A DNA stretch of 64,000 nucleotides from positions 111,352,001 through 111,416,000 of the forward strand of contig OX597816.1 of NCBI GenBank assembly GCA_951406725.2, written 5' to 3'. A model generated the notes under the pieces. The model had not been told where the DNA came from and searched no databases. It saw only the letters and a program-made list of their open reading frames with translations. Shown here piece after piece: positions 12,697 to 26,000 of this stretch. The translations under genes and the position numbers were made by a program. The stretch is from Octopus vulgaris (lineage: Eukaryota). The first letter of the stretch is position 1. Each line of letters starts with the position of its first letter.

Positions 12697-12890
12697 GACC
12701 CTGCCAGTGCTGGTGCCACGTAAAATGCACTCAGTTCGCTTTATTCAGTGGTTGGTACCTGGAACGGCATCCAGCCGTAAAAAACTGTGCCAAAACAGAC
12801 ACAGAGCTCTGATGCAGTCTTCTATTTGGTCATCTCCTGTCAAACCGTGCAACCCACGCCAACATTAACGTGGACGCTGAGTGATGATGC
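12697..12890 (+). mobile_element. RTE-type 3' UTR fragment
   Basis: gctggtgccacgtaaaatgcac...ggcatccagccgtaaaaaactgtgcc...ggacgctgagtgatgatg. Homologous to 55790-56040. Confidence 0.6.
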
Positions 12891-13525
12891 TGACAAGGAG
12901 GATCTGCATATATGTATAGGTAAAAAATTAGGGCGTGCGTACGCTGCATAAAAAATATTTTCAGGGTCAAATAAAAAAAAGAAAACAAATGGAAAATTTA
13001 ACGTACATAAATATAATTATTAAAAATAAAGTGTTGTAAATAAATAAACAAACGAACATATTCTAAATACACAGCCGAACAGAAAATACAGAAGGTCACC
13101 AAATCAGTTATCAGCCAGTGGGTCAAACGTAATTTCGGCTATTATCGATAATATTGATTCCGCTTTGGAGGCACCGGCAAGGAACTTGCCGGGAATGAGA
13201 CCAAAACATAAGAAAATGAGACGGACTCGAGACGAGACCGTTAGTGAACGGACGAGGGACAAAAGAATTAACAGAATATAGGCTTAGGGCCAGACGAAGA
13301 CAAAGGTTAGTAATAATAATATTACATATACAACAAAAAGGCTGTGGGCCTCCAAGAATGATGAAAGTGGGTAACGCAAAGGAGAAATTAAAACTGTCCG
13401 ATGGGACAATAGACACAGGAGGGTAGAACGAGGTGCACAGGGAATCGTGACCGGTTCGGTCGAAGGCTACGTGAAAAACAATGACACTGCTTTAAATATA
13501 TATATATACATACATATACATACAC

Positions 13526-13594
<69 letters not shown>

Positions 13595-14198
13595 GGTTCT
13601 AGTCTTTTTCATTCGCAAAATGAACCCCCTTTAATTTTACTCAGCTTACTTTCAGTTTTGGTTTATCGATGCAATGAACAGGTGACACGCTAAACTATAA
13701 ATTTCACAGAGTACAACGTTAAAGTTGACGCCGCTCCGCAAAACGCAGACATATTCTGCCTCACTACTGGCTAAAAATACAGTTTTTCCGATTTTTTAAC
13801 ACTGTAACTGCTTCCTCCAATTTTTTTCTCCACTTCATCATACCTTTATAGCAATGAGACTGGAAGACTACATTATCGTAGCCGATTTTCAGATTTTTAC
13901 TTCTTTTAAATAAGGGTAGAAATTGATATTAATCAATTAAAACCAGTGTCTTAGCATATTTTAAAAATTCGAAGATTAAAAATTGTGATACATACAAAAT
14001 TATTTAATTAAAAAAAAAATATGTTCTCTAACCGGTAAATTGGATGCTGTAATTTATTAACTGCAGAGTAATTTTCGACCTCAGCGCGCCAAAGTGAAGG
14101 CATTTGAAAGATACACCCAAATATAATTTGTAGAACATTATACACAATCGATTTCGGTTGAGCGTTCTGTATCTAGTTCTGGAAATTATATATATATA

Positions 14199-14485
14199 TA
14201 TTATATCAAATTAGAGATAAAACCACTATTAGGCAAGTCATATATATATATATATATATATATTTGTATATATATATAAAATTTATAAGTTTAAATTATT
14301 TAAATAATTTTTTATTTTAAAATTAATTTTATGTATTGGCTTATGTTTTTCACTGTTTGATTTGCCTAATAGTGGTTTTATCTCTAATTTAATATAATAT
14401 AATATATTTATACTATAAAATTGGATTTAATCCTAAATCTAATTTTTCCCTGTAAGTTTGGATTTATTCCCTAATATTATTATTA
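14199..14485. repeat. Fold-back fragment (42-bp IR 14199-14240/14358-14399) of the family seen at 8800-8985
   Basis: ttagagataaaaccactattaggcaa versus ttgcctaatagtggttttatctctaa. 14290-14485 is the reverse complement of ~8800-8985. Flanked by (TA)n. Confidence 0.8.
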
Positions 14486-15972
14486 TATATATATATTTAT
14501 ATAAACAACGTATTTAAAGTGTTAATTACTATAGATTTAGAATTTATCATGGTACAGTTCATTTTGCTGGTTGTTGTAAAACTATGCGGTGATGAATCTA
14601 GTTCACTGTGTGTGTGTCTGTGTGTGCGCGCGTGTTTGTCTGTATGTCTGTGTGTGTTTCTGTCCGTCTGTGTCTGTGTATGTGTGTGTGTGTTTAATAA
14701 ATAATCTGACGAAATCCTAAATCTCTATTCGAGCATAGCTGCGTATGGTTATATCGGAAAGTTAATTTCGATGTTTCTTAGCTAACAGAAAAAAAAAACT
14801 ATAATAAAATAATGACTTCCTTGTAATCATTAGAATACTAAAACTGTTGTCGGCAATGGCTGAGTAATTTTTTTTCCAAGTTCTAGGACTGTCAGCTAGA
14901 AGACTTTTAGAAATGGAACTGATCAATTCTGCAATAATTAATTGAGTGAATTTGCAATGGAATTAATCTTCGATTATAGGAGAGCTGGAACGTTTCTAGT
15001 CAATTAAGTTTGTTCTGTGTTGCAGTTTTAAGTTTAAAGACTCTATAATATATTTGATAACTATTTTTAACTCACTTTTTGTTGGTATAATGAGTTTATG
15101 CCTTGCATTAGCCGTAAAATTGCTGTCCATTAATTATATGTATGGCTTGTGTGGATTATGATATTATTCGATTCGCTATATTTATGTGGGTTGATAGGAC
15201 TTTGGTCTCATTCATGATCATATTATATGCCGTTGGGATTTTTGCATGAATTTGTTATGTTATTTAAAACTATCTAGTGTACTCTTGTCTAACTGGTTCT
15301 GTAAGCTTGTATACAGTTTCAATTTATGAAAACTGATAAATGTTCATTTAATGAGCTTTGGAAGGTGTTTGTTTAATTATCAAGTTTTTCTTTTTATGTA
15401 TTTAAGTTAAATATTATTCAAGCTCTTCTGTTGTGGTAGATTTCTGATTATTCCAAAGCCAAATTTCTTTTCTGTAAGTATCTTGTTAATGGTCTATCGA
15501 AGAAACATGCCATCTAGTTTACTCTTCTTTCTACGTTCTCATTTATCTCTATTAGTTATCTGAAATAGAGTTGTATTTAAAAATGTTTTACTTGTTTATT
15601 TTTTACAAAACTGCATTTTGTATTTAAACTAAAATACAGCTTAGATCTTGAATAGAGGAGTACAAAGACGACGAGTTTGTCGCACACAATAATATGAAAA
15701 GCATGAAGTCACCAAACTAAGAAATACGCCAATTAGTGCTTCTAAATAATTTGATTTAAACATTTTGATACATACAAAGCTTAAGATAAGAAACTTCCTA
15801 TATGGATGAATGAATTTGCCTGTATTATCACTTTTTTAAAACTTATTTTTGCTCCATAAAAGCATTTAAAACATTTATATATATATATATGACAAGGCTT
15901 GAAGTATATTAATATCTATATCCATTCATCCATCCATATATATATATATATATATGTGTATGTGTGTGTGTA

Positions 15973-16182
15973 CAAGGTTAGGCCAAAAGTTACCCGAGAG
16001 TAAATCAAAATTCCATAAATACTATCTGTAATTCTGTATTGACTCGAATGGAAAAATGTGTAACTCAAGGACTTCAGTTTGAACAATTTTCATGATGTTT
16101 CATATTTAAATGCTTTTATTCAGTTGTTAAACATAAATATATCTTGAAATTAAATGGTTTTGATTTACTGTCACGTGACATT
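15973..16182 (+). mobile_element. Tc1/mariner-derived MITE
   Basis: TA then caaggttaggccaaaagttacccgagagtaaatc, and gatttactgtcacgtgacattt as a decayed right TIR. Interior EKCVTQG..FEQF-like transposase tail. Confidence 0.5.
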
Positions 16183-16195
16183 TATACACACACAC

Positions 16196-16264
<69 letters not shown>

Positions 16265-16832
16265 AACATTTTCTAAGGCCGTATTTTCTTCGACTGTTTG
16301 TCCTCGTCCACCGTCCTAAATCCCGCTCTGTGTCGGTTTGCTTGTTTTGTTTCGTTTTGCTTGCTCTTGTCCCTAATTCTTCTCAAGAAAATGTTTTTTA
16401 CGGTCAATGCCATTTGGGAAGCATTTAGTCTTATCGTTAAGGGTGCGAAACTGAAGAGTACCATTAAGCGATTACTGATGAAGAATTATGGACTTTCTGT
16501 TTGTCACCCGTTTGATTTTACATTATGACATACGTTATGTTGTTTGTACATTTTGTCATTTATATATATAATTAAGGAGAGAAACAAATTTCACCACAGT
16601 ATACAATATACAAAGATGCGTTCACATATATGAGATATGATAAAAAAATTTGTAGGAATTTATAAGCATATATACATACGAAGATTTATAAATATATAAA
16701 AATTCATAAATATATAAACACATAAATATAAATTCATAGATGTACTTGCGAAGTGCGAATGCCAGTATTAGAATGAATGAGAAGGGTTATAAGAAAGTTA
16801 GTATAAAATATTGTATTATATATCCATCAGGG

Positions 16833-16921
16833 CTGATCTTGCCAATCGGTTTTGCGCAAGAAATACAATGGAGTGCTAGATAACAATCCGATTATATAAC
16901 CTTACGCTCATCAGAGTTAGC
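16833..16921 (-). ncRNA. Degenerate hammerhead motif
   Basis: CTGATGA-gcgtaag...cttgcgc-AAAA-ccgattgg-CA. 7-bp stem II, but G12>A and U16.1>C. Confidence 0.45.
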
Positions 16922-18246
16922 TGATATGGAAGGGAATATGGCGTCTGTTCTCAATTGTCGGAGGTCGATTAACACAACCGATGCACGAACACACTTTCAT
17001 ATTCATACATAAATACATGCGTACATACCTATATATACATATGTGTGAATGCTGTTAATCCCTGATGATTGTCACTGCTTTCATAATCTTTAACCATCAT
17101 CCTTCAGACATTTCCTTACCAAAACTACTCCATTCTTTTGACTTAGCAATCAGTGATTTCATTATGAAGCCATAAAGTTACATAATCGACCTCTTATGCA
17201 ATGTTCATATTACGATATCATACATACTAGTGAATCGGTCTTGTATTAGGTTCTGATGAAATTACGAGTATTGTTCCCTAACCATTGATGTAATCGTCTA
17301 ACTACGATACTTTGTTATTTTCTTTTGTATCTCAGTGTCAATACATCCGTCTTTTGATATTGTACTGTCAATGCACAACGAGTCTAGTACAGCTTTCAAA
17401 TTAATGAAATTACTTTGGTAATGTCTTTCTATGTTGATATACAAGTCGGTTTGAATGGCACTTTAATTTCATGTTTACTTTAAAACCTTCTTTGGTGTAA
17501 TGCAGAATCCACGATCTTCTGTATATGATGTGATTTATGAGCAGCTGGCATGCCATCTGCATGTAGTGGTTTGCTAACAAGGACATGGATATTTCTCATT
17601 TCTGTTCAATAAAGGGTGACGTTGGAGAGGTCTTAAGTTTGATTAGACTGTAACATCCGTCCTGAAGATTACGAAAATCTTCTCCAGTACTGCTGCATGA
17701 ATTCTGAAAATGCCAATATACTTGCTACAGTAAATTCTTCCAGTGTTTCCTGCATTCTTTACTTTCCCCAAAAGTATCAATCTCTCTGGACTATAATATT
17801 TTTGTCATTAGCAGGCATGGGCTAAACCTATCCACACTATTGAATGTCTTTGTATGGTCAGCATTTATCATGTGCATGGAGCTATCTTTTTCTGTGCATT
17901 TCTCTTGGATGTGTCAGGGACAGTAGATCATGTATACAATACGACAATTTGATCAGAAACAATATTGTGTCTCTAGTGCTATTTTATGAAGTTTATAGGT
18001 AGCTAATTCCATAATCTTTCCATATTTCAACAAGAATTTTACCTCAACAAGGTGCTCTGCCATTCGAGAGAAAGAGGCTTCCTCCAAACAATGGTTGCTC
18101 TGTTGGTATTTCATCGAGGAATGATCTGACAATACACTGTTAGATCTTAGCAAGTTTCAGCGAGTCTATGTGACCTGGCACATTGAACCGTTAATAAGAG
18201 GGTTCAGTCCTTTTATTCAATACTTTATTATCTGAAAGCACTTTAT

Positions 18247-18377
18247 CTGGAACTCATTTCATCGACCCCGAAAGGATGAAAGGTGAAGTCTACCTCGGCG
18301 GAATTTTATCTCGGAACGTAAAGACGGATGAAATGCCGCTAAGCCTTTTGCTCGGTGTGCTAACGATTTTCCAGCTA
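18247..18377 (-). mobile_element. MetaSINE-like SINE, partial
   Basis: Reverse complement contains cctttcatcctttcggggtcgat and the head agctggaaaatcgttagcacaccg. Confidence 0.75.
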
Positions 18378-18586
18378 ACAAATCGCATGTCAATGTTTGG
18401 AACATGACCGCATCCACATTTTCTTGCGTTCGGTTTTCTGATTGAATATATATTATTCATTATTACTAATTCAAACTCATTACTTAAAGAGAGTAAAAAT
18501 TCTTCATCGAAGTTACAGCTACTAACATTATGTTTTCCCATAACAACGGGTCAGTTTCTACAATGCTTTCCAAATTCTAGCATTGG

Positions 18587-18638
<52 letters not shown>

Positions 18639-19163
18639 TAGCTTGTCAGTGTGAAGGATGTTGCGTAATGTATATATTACCTTTAGTGCTTTCCCTGAGA
18701 TTTGTCCCATATATACTAATTATGAATGAATATATACTAATTATGAATACATATGAGCATATATACTAATTATGAATGTAGTCTCATCCCGTTCTGGTGT
18801 TATCATAGATAAAGGTAATTATATGAGCTTCTTTATAGCGAATCCACCAACCAGTTCTCAGTGTTCACTTTCAGCTTACTACCCTCGAAAATGTGTATTT
18901 CATATCGGTAATATTACAATAAATAACGTTTCGTATAAAACTACTATATCGAAGCAAAATTTCTCAAGTCCTGTTTCTACCTATATAGAAAGTCATAATA
19001 TTGTTATGATAGACACATTAAAAACTAATCTTGACCCACGTTTCCCTAAATATTAGATTTTAAATTTCTTGGAGAATAAATAAGAATAAGTAATTAACTT
19101 TGCATTCAGTATATTGATATATATCTCTGGGTATTACATGACTAAATACACATAAGCCCGCAT

Positions 19164-19217
<54 letters not shown>

Positions 19218-21069
19218 CATACATATATATATATATATACATATATATTTATACTTATACAAATACATGCACTTATGATATACATGCATAAATTCATAAA
19301 TATATATGCATGTAAGTTTGTGTGTGTATGTGCGTATATGGGTGTGTATCAATGTGTGTATATCTTTGTGCATGATTGCAGTCAATAGCACACTAGCCAT
19401 AAAACCTCTTCTAATAAGTAGAGTAATACAAGGCACTAATTTTCTTGGACAACCATTAATCAACTTTGAACTATCAGATATGGCTGCAGAAGATCAAACA
19501 GTCAGTTATTCAGACAGTACTCAACACATAAATAGTAAAAAAAAAACTTTTTCAAATCTTCTTTATGCTATATATAACTAAACATGGAATATATTAGGAA
19601 GAGTAACTCATCAATGCTTTCTTTATGCTATGAGACGGTGTCCTTCAACAAAATATCGTATATGGCTCCGAACATGGAAAAAGCATAATATAGTCTGTCA
19701 AAAGCTTTAGCAATTATAACGGCCACTGATGAAGCCTTGCCAACCACATTTACTCTCTCTCTCTCCTTGTCTTTCTCTCTCCTTCTCTCTTTCTCTCACT
19801 CTCTCTTTCTCTCCTTCTATCTTTCTCTCCCTCTCTCTTTCGCTCCTTCTCTCTTTTTCACCCTCACTCTTTCTCTCTTGAAATCGGAATGGATATATCT
19901 AGAGAAATGTTTTGAGAAAATCATTAGTTATGATCTGAATAGATTAGTATTCACAACTCTGCTCTCAAATAATCCCACTATAATACAAATAATAGAAAGT
20001 TTGAGTAACTTTAAAAACAATATATAAACTCAGTGAACAGAAACATGACCATGTCCTAACACGCAACATTTTGTTCTGATTTAGAACAAAGGTATAATTT
20101 GTATCCATGAATTTTGTTACCGAGAGGTCGCCTTTAAACAGCCCAGTTTGATATGTGCCACAAGCTTTTGTAGATAGAAGTATATCTAGAAGTGAGAATG
20201 GAACAAGTTTCTGGGAATTTCATTTCAATGTAATGGCAGCTTGAATCTAAGATTTGGTATAAACGATCTTAGAGATTACAATTATTGTAGATTTAGGTGC
20301 ATCTGGTTGGTTTGGACAGTGATAATACACAGTTTAATAATCCAGAGACTGGAATAATCATTGTAACAGTAGACGAGCCAAAGGTAGGATTTAACAGTCA
20401 GACTGATAATTTTCTTCAGTTTCGAATGTCTGTGTATGCATAACTGATATATGAACAGTACACAAATATAAGTCGCTTCATACAGTCAACTAAAATGAAT
20501 GAATTGACATAAAGTGTATAAAAACTTGAATTAACACAAATATATTTAAATAGTCGTAGGAGATATTGTTAATCCTCAAACAATTTCATCAGCAAATAAC
20601 TGCGTGAAATTCTGACTTACGATTGTTCAGCTGTTCGAATGATTACTTAGACAAATCAAAAGATACAATCTAAATAATAAAAATTAGTAAAGATTACAGG
20701 GTATTGTTATCGATTACATTGAGAGGAAAAAAATCAGAACAGAGCAGTTTTTCTTAATTTAGAGACACAATTCCGCTTTAAATAAGCAACACTTGATTAT
20801 CCCCAACAAATGAACCGGACAATATACAGAACAAGTAAACACGTATATATATATATGCATGTTTTCATACATATGATAGCTACTCCATACTGAGCAATCC
20901 ATGTGGCATAAATCCATGTTAGTGTGTAAATTGGTAGAATCCTTAGAGTCACTCAACTTAATGTAGCTATGGCACCGAAAATGTGTGGATTATGAATTTG
21001 CAGTTGTAAACCAACTTACAACGTCAAGTGGCACTAACAATTATACCTTTTTACACACTATTATGGATA

Positions 21070-21107
<38 letters not shown>

Positions 21108-21110
<3 letters not shown>

Positions 21111-22297
21111 GAAAGATTTATGTTTATAAAGAAAAACAGATATATAATAACATAATAACTTTATTTATCAAAAAAATGCTATGAAGATAAAAATAAACCT
21201 TCTTTTCTATAATGTTATTCAATAAAGCCACCTTCAGCTTCAACAGCTGCTTCTATATGAGATCTAAATCATCTACATGCTTAAAACAAGTGGTCGTGAT
21301 TCATTTGGGACATTACTCTGATTATGTCAGCTTTCAAAGTATCTTTGGTGTTATGGACGTCGTCATTGACCACATTCTCAACAACGTTCCGCATGTAATA
21401 GTCCAATCTGCAGAATTAGGAAGCCAAATATTAGGGGCTATGTGACCATGAAACTTTTCAACCATCCATTCCTGTGTTACTGGAGCCATGTGTGATAGTC
21501 CAGAATCTTCCTGAAACACATATAGCCTTCCATTGCATACACTGTCTTGACAATTATTTCCAGGACCTCAATGTAGGCGGCAGAGTTAACTCTGAGGCCT
21601 TGTGGAAAGAAGCGTCACATGTCCTTCATTGCCGACAACCCTTAAAATTATGACAGTTGCAGGAAATTTTGTATGCATAACACTTGGAATTTCAGAAAAG
21701 TCTGCACATAACCACCTGTCATTTCTTCTGTTAACTTTTTGATGATCCTGGTTGAATTTTTTCTCGTTTGAGGAAAAACAAATCAGCTTCTTCTGCTGGA
21801 TTTTTCAAATTGTTTTAAGAGATCTGATGTGGTATTTTCTTTTGCTTTTTCTGACAAATTGACCTCCCCTCATCATATATCTGATGTCTTCGTGAACATT
21901 TCTGACTGTTACTTCTGACTACTTTTGCAATTGGCCTCATGGACTTTCTGAAATGTAATCAATGTAATGTTGAACCTGCTGGATAAATTCAGGTTTTCGG
22001 ATGATTTCAGAGTATTTAGAATGCTCTTTATGCTTTGATACTGGTAATACGTTTCCATTTTCAGTCTCTAGCTCCTTACAAACTTTGTAGAGGAAAGATC
22101 TGACAAATTTTATAAATTGGGATATTTCTAAATCTCTATGCTCAGCCTTTATAACCACAATAACAGCATGGCTCTTCATTGTTTTAAGTACGCTGTGGGT
22201 CTGCCATTATTATTTTCTGAAACAAAGATCATACTGAGTTAGCAAAAATGCAGCAATGACCCAAAAATTTATGTCCTCAAATACCTTACTCACCCCG

Positions 22298-22298
<1 letters not shown>
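21108..22298 (-). mobile_element. Decayed Tc1/mariner transposon (DD37D/maT-like)
   Basis: N-terminal HTH-like ORF 21937-22179. FQEDSGLSH...WLPNSAD (21334-21519), with a small deletion before DYY. TIR cggggtgagtaaggtatttgaggaca at the right end. (TA)n on both sides. Confidence 0.8.
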
Positions 22299-22367
<69 letters not shown>

Positions 22368-22373
<6 letters not shown>

Positions 22374-22960
22374 AGGAAGAGATGCTTCTTAAGGAGCTGC
22401 TGCAAACTCATACAATGTTGCTCACTTCACTTTTCAGTACTGCATTTATATATTTATTTTTGTTGCTGTTGTTTAGCAGGTGCTGCCTGAGTGATACCAC
22501 GCGGCATTTGAAGGCCATCTGCACTGATCTCAGGCCTCTACCACCTTCATTTCTTTTTAGGTAGAGCCTGTCAACATCACTGTTTCTGTGGAATTTCCCA
22601 GTTGTTGTCAGGATTTTGCGGGTTTTGATATTTATGGAGTGGATCGCCTCTACAGACCAATCAAGTTTCCCAAATGTTGGGATCAGCACTGGTACTGCAA
22701 ATGCATTGTGAGATATTGTTTTGTTGTAAGAGAAATGTTCCGACTGCCAAATTTTCCTATGTCTGGTGTAATATTTTCAGGTTACTCTATCTTTATTCAC
22801 AATGCCTTCATATGATACATTTTTGTCCATGTCTAGGTACGTGTAACATTCTTTGTGTGGAATGGGGGAGATAGAAAGACCGTTGATGCACAGGTTTTGA
22901 GTTTGGACATTTCTTTTGGCAAAATTCCATGCCTATATCAGATGAAAATGTTTTTAATTC
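22368..22960 (-). mobile_element. R4/Dong LINE internal fragment
   Basis: KTRKILTTTGKFHRNSDVDRLYLKRNEGGRGL, homologous to HHPKADVDRLYVPRAQGGRGL of the 3017 ORF. Confidence 0.85.
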
Positions 22961-23075
22961 CAGTTATTTTTTTGACATTGTTAACACATTTAGCATAAAA
23001 CAAGGAAATTATGACTTACATTGATATTTCTAGCAGTTGAAGATCCTAGCATATAACCATTTGATTTCTGCAGTA

Positions 23076-26000
23076 GTTAGTTAGTTAGTTAGTTAATTTG
23101 GCTCAAAAGCAAATAGCAAGGCCATGTAGGGGGACATGGAGTTAAGTACAGGGTGGTGTTCATGTAAAGAGTTCAGGCCACTTGAGGTCCAGGGAGGCTT
23201 TGAACAAAGCGGTCGTCGGCATCTTCACCATCTCGTCTGGCAGCTTGTTCCACGGATCCGCAACCCGGACGGAGAAAGCTCCTCTCCTTCGATTGAGATG
23301 AAATCGTCGCAGGTAGAGCTTTTCGGAATGACCCCGCAGCCGACGCTCTGGAGCAGGAGTGAAGAACAGCTCTTTCGAGAGGTTACACTTTCCGCTTATG
23401 ATGTTGTGGGCGAGAATGAGATCACCACGGCGGCGGCGTTTTTCAAGAGAATAAAGGTCGAGCGTCCTCAGCCTTTCTTCGTAGGACAAATTTTTGAGAC
23501 CATGAACCATGCGGGTAGCCAGCTTCTGGACTCTTTCGAGATGCTGTATGTCTTTGAGGAGATAAGGAGAAGAGGCTTGAATCCCATACTCCAATATGGG
23601 TCTCACCAGCGTGACATAGAGTGGTAGGAATATGGCTGCTGTGAGCATTCCGAATGACCGTCGAATCAAGAACAGAATTCCGCGTGCTTTGTTGGCAGCA
23701 TGGACGCACTGGGCCGAAGGCGAAAAGGAGGAATCCACCAAGATACCCAGGTCCTTTACCTGATCGGTCCTCTCCAGCAGCAGACGACCCGGCTCGAAAT
23801 CAAGTTGAGTTGCAGGAGTAGAGCCGACAGGCAGATGACAGCACTTTGACACGTTCAGACACAGGTCCCAATCGTTAGACCACTTCCAAATTTGGTGGAG
23901 GCATCGACGAAGATCCTCTATATTACCGCGAGGAGCGACCAGTTTGATATCGTCGGCAAATAGAAGGGTGTGTTGCGTGAGGTCGTCGGGCAAGTCATTT
24001 ATGAAGACTAAGAACAACAAGGGCCCAAGCACTGAACCTTGAGGCACGCCACTGCTCGCACTGGAGACGTCGGACCGCGAACCATTAACTTGGACTTGGA
24101 AGGAGCGATCTGAGAGGAAGGCACCAACCCATCGTATAATATCCGGATGGAAACTATATGCTTGAAGCTTGACAAGTAATAGGCGGTGGTTTACCGAGTC
24201 AAAAGCTTTGGCAAAGTCCAATAAAACGATGTCAACAGCATCACTATCATCGAGGATGCGCGTCACCAATTCTTCCATTACTAGTAAGTTGGTCAAGCAT
24301 GATCTCTTCGGCACGAAGCCGTGTTGGGAATCAGAGATAGAGGCTGTGTTTAGGAGGTGGAGCATCATACTTTTCTTAAGGATGGTTTCGAACATCTTGC
24401 TGATTATTGATGTAAGGGAAACCGGTCGGTAGTTAAGCGGGTCTTCGCGGCTCCCTTTCTTGAAAATTGGGCAGATTATCGCTGTTCTCCAGTCTGCAGG
24501 TATAACACCCGTCGCCAATGACATATTGAATAGTCGTGTTAAGGGCTCGCAGATGACCGGAGCCAACGCTTTGATAACCCGTGGGTGTATGCCGTCAGGG
24601 CCGTGACCCTTGTTGACATCGAGGCCTTGAATAACACGTTTGACTTCGTCCCGCGTGATGACCAATCGAAGCATTGGAGGTACCGATCTATCAAATGGAG
24701 GGGGTTCACGACCATCATCTTGTTTGAAAATAGTTGAAAAAGCCTCGGCAAATAATTGACTCTGTTGATAAGGGTCCTCAATCGATACGCCTGTTGAGTC
24801 TACCAACGTTGCAATCTGGTTGTTCAAGCGGGAATTCCGCTGGACATGGGCAAAGAAGGTTTTTGGATTGCTACTGGCATTTGCCGCGATTTTGTATTCA
24901 TAACTGAAGCGTTCTTTCTTTTCAATTTTCACGGCTCGGTCTCGTTGAATTTTGTACACCTCAAAAGCTGCAGTCGAATCCAGATTTTTGAATTCAGCCC
25001 AAGCAATATCTCTGAGTCGACGTTCTCGTTTAACCTTCTTCGTCACCCAGGGCTTGTGTTTCTTCTTCTTGGGAAGCCCAACGGGAACTGCCTGGTCAGT
25101 CAAACAGATTACATATGCTTTGAGGGATGACCATAGTTCGTCAACAGAGGACAACGTCATCAGGGATCGCCAGTCCAGAAGCGCGGAAGCCTCGGTTAGA
25201 ATTTCAAGATTAATTGCAGAGAAGACTCTACGTGGCAGCGAAGTAGTCGTGGGCGTAGAAAAAGTTGTGTGCATGACGAACTTCAGGACCGCATGATCAC
25301 TCTTGGCAAGAGGGGCGCACACAGATACGTCTGACACTGATCTTGGATAGCGGGAGAATACCAGATCTAGCATAGATGGCTGCTGCCCAGACCGATGCCT
25401 TGTCGGATATTCAACATGTTGCGATAGAAAACAATCTTCAGCCACGTCAAGAAGGGCCTGGCCGAAACGGGAAGATGTTGTACAAATTGATGCGGGCCAA
25501 TCGATCGTGGGAGCGTTGAAGTCTCCTAGTACCAAACAGTCATGCGAAGCTGAAACGAATCTTATCGCTTCGAGTAAATGAGCATCGTCCTGGGGGTCGG
25601 CAAGAGGCGGCCTGTAGACAGCCAACAGGGGCAGGCAAAACTCAGATAGGCTCAGCTTGCAATAGACGGCATCGAATTTTGTTGTAGGTTGAGCATTAGT
25701 GGGTAGAATACCGCTGGACGGTTTGTGCTCAGACTTAACATACACAGCAACACCTCCACCTCGCCTTTTTCCCCTGTCACATCAGAAAAGGACGTAGCCC
25801 TGCAGGTGGATTTCTGAGTCCTTTACTGCTGGAGTCAGCCAGGTCTTGGTGATAGCTATCACGTCAGGGGAGTCACGTATGGCCAGTGTAAATAGTTCAC
25901 TGAACTTTGGGAATAAGGAGCACGAGTTGGTGTAGACGATGCTGAGCTGTGAAGTCTGAGGGGCGGGAGTTGGGGAACAAGCAGAATAAGGGGTATCAGA

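Noticed and set aside
13095-13205. Multi-hairpin segment with GAAA then CTGATAA on minus (similar order at 42940-43040 and 62800-62860), suggesting type II hammerheads
   Set aside because: Stems I and III do not pair convincingly, and the cores are incomplete.
16275-16315. GGACGA-ggac-aaaca-gtc-GAA hammerhead-like remnant (also 6765-6800 and 30435-30470)
   Set aside because: Core too degenerate to call.
18710-18778. Three copies of atatactaattatgaat
   Set aside because: Simple AT-rich minisatellite with no unique spacers, so not CRISPR-like.
23136-25296. Plus-strand ORFs (163, 114, 94 and 87 aa) overlapping CR1 ORF2
   Set aside because: Antisense shadows of a GC-rich coding strand.
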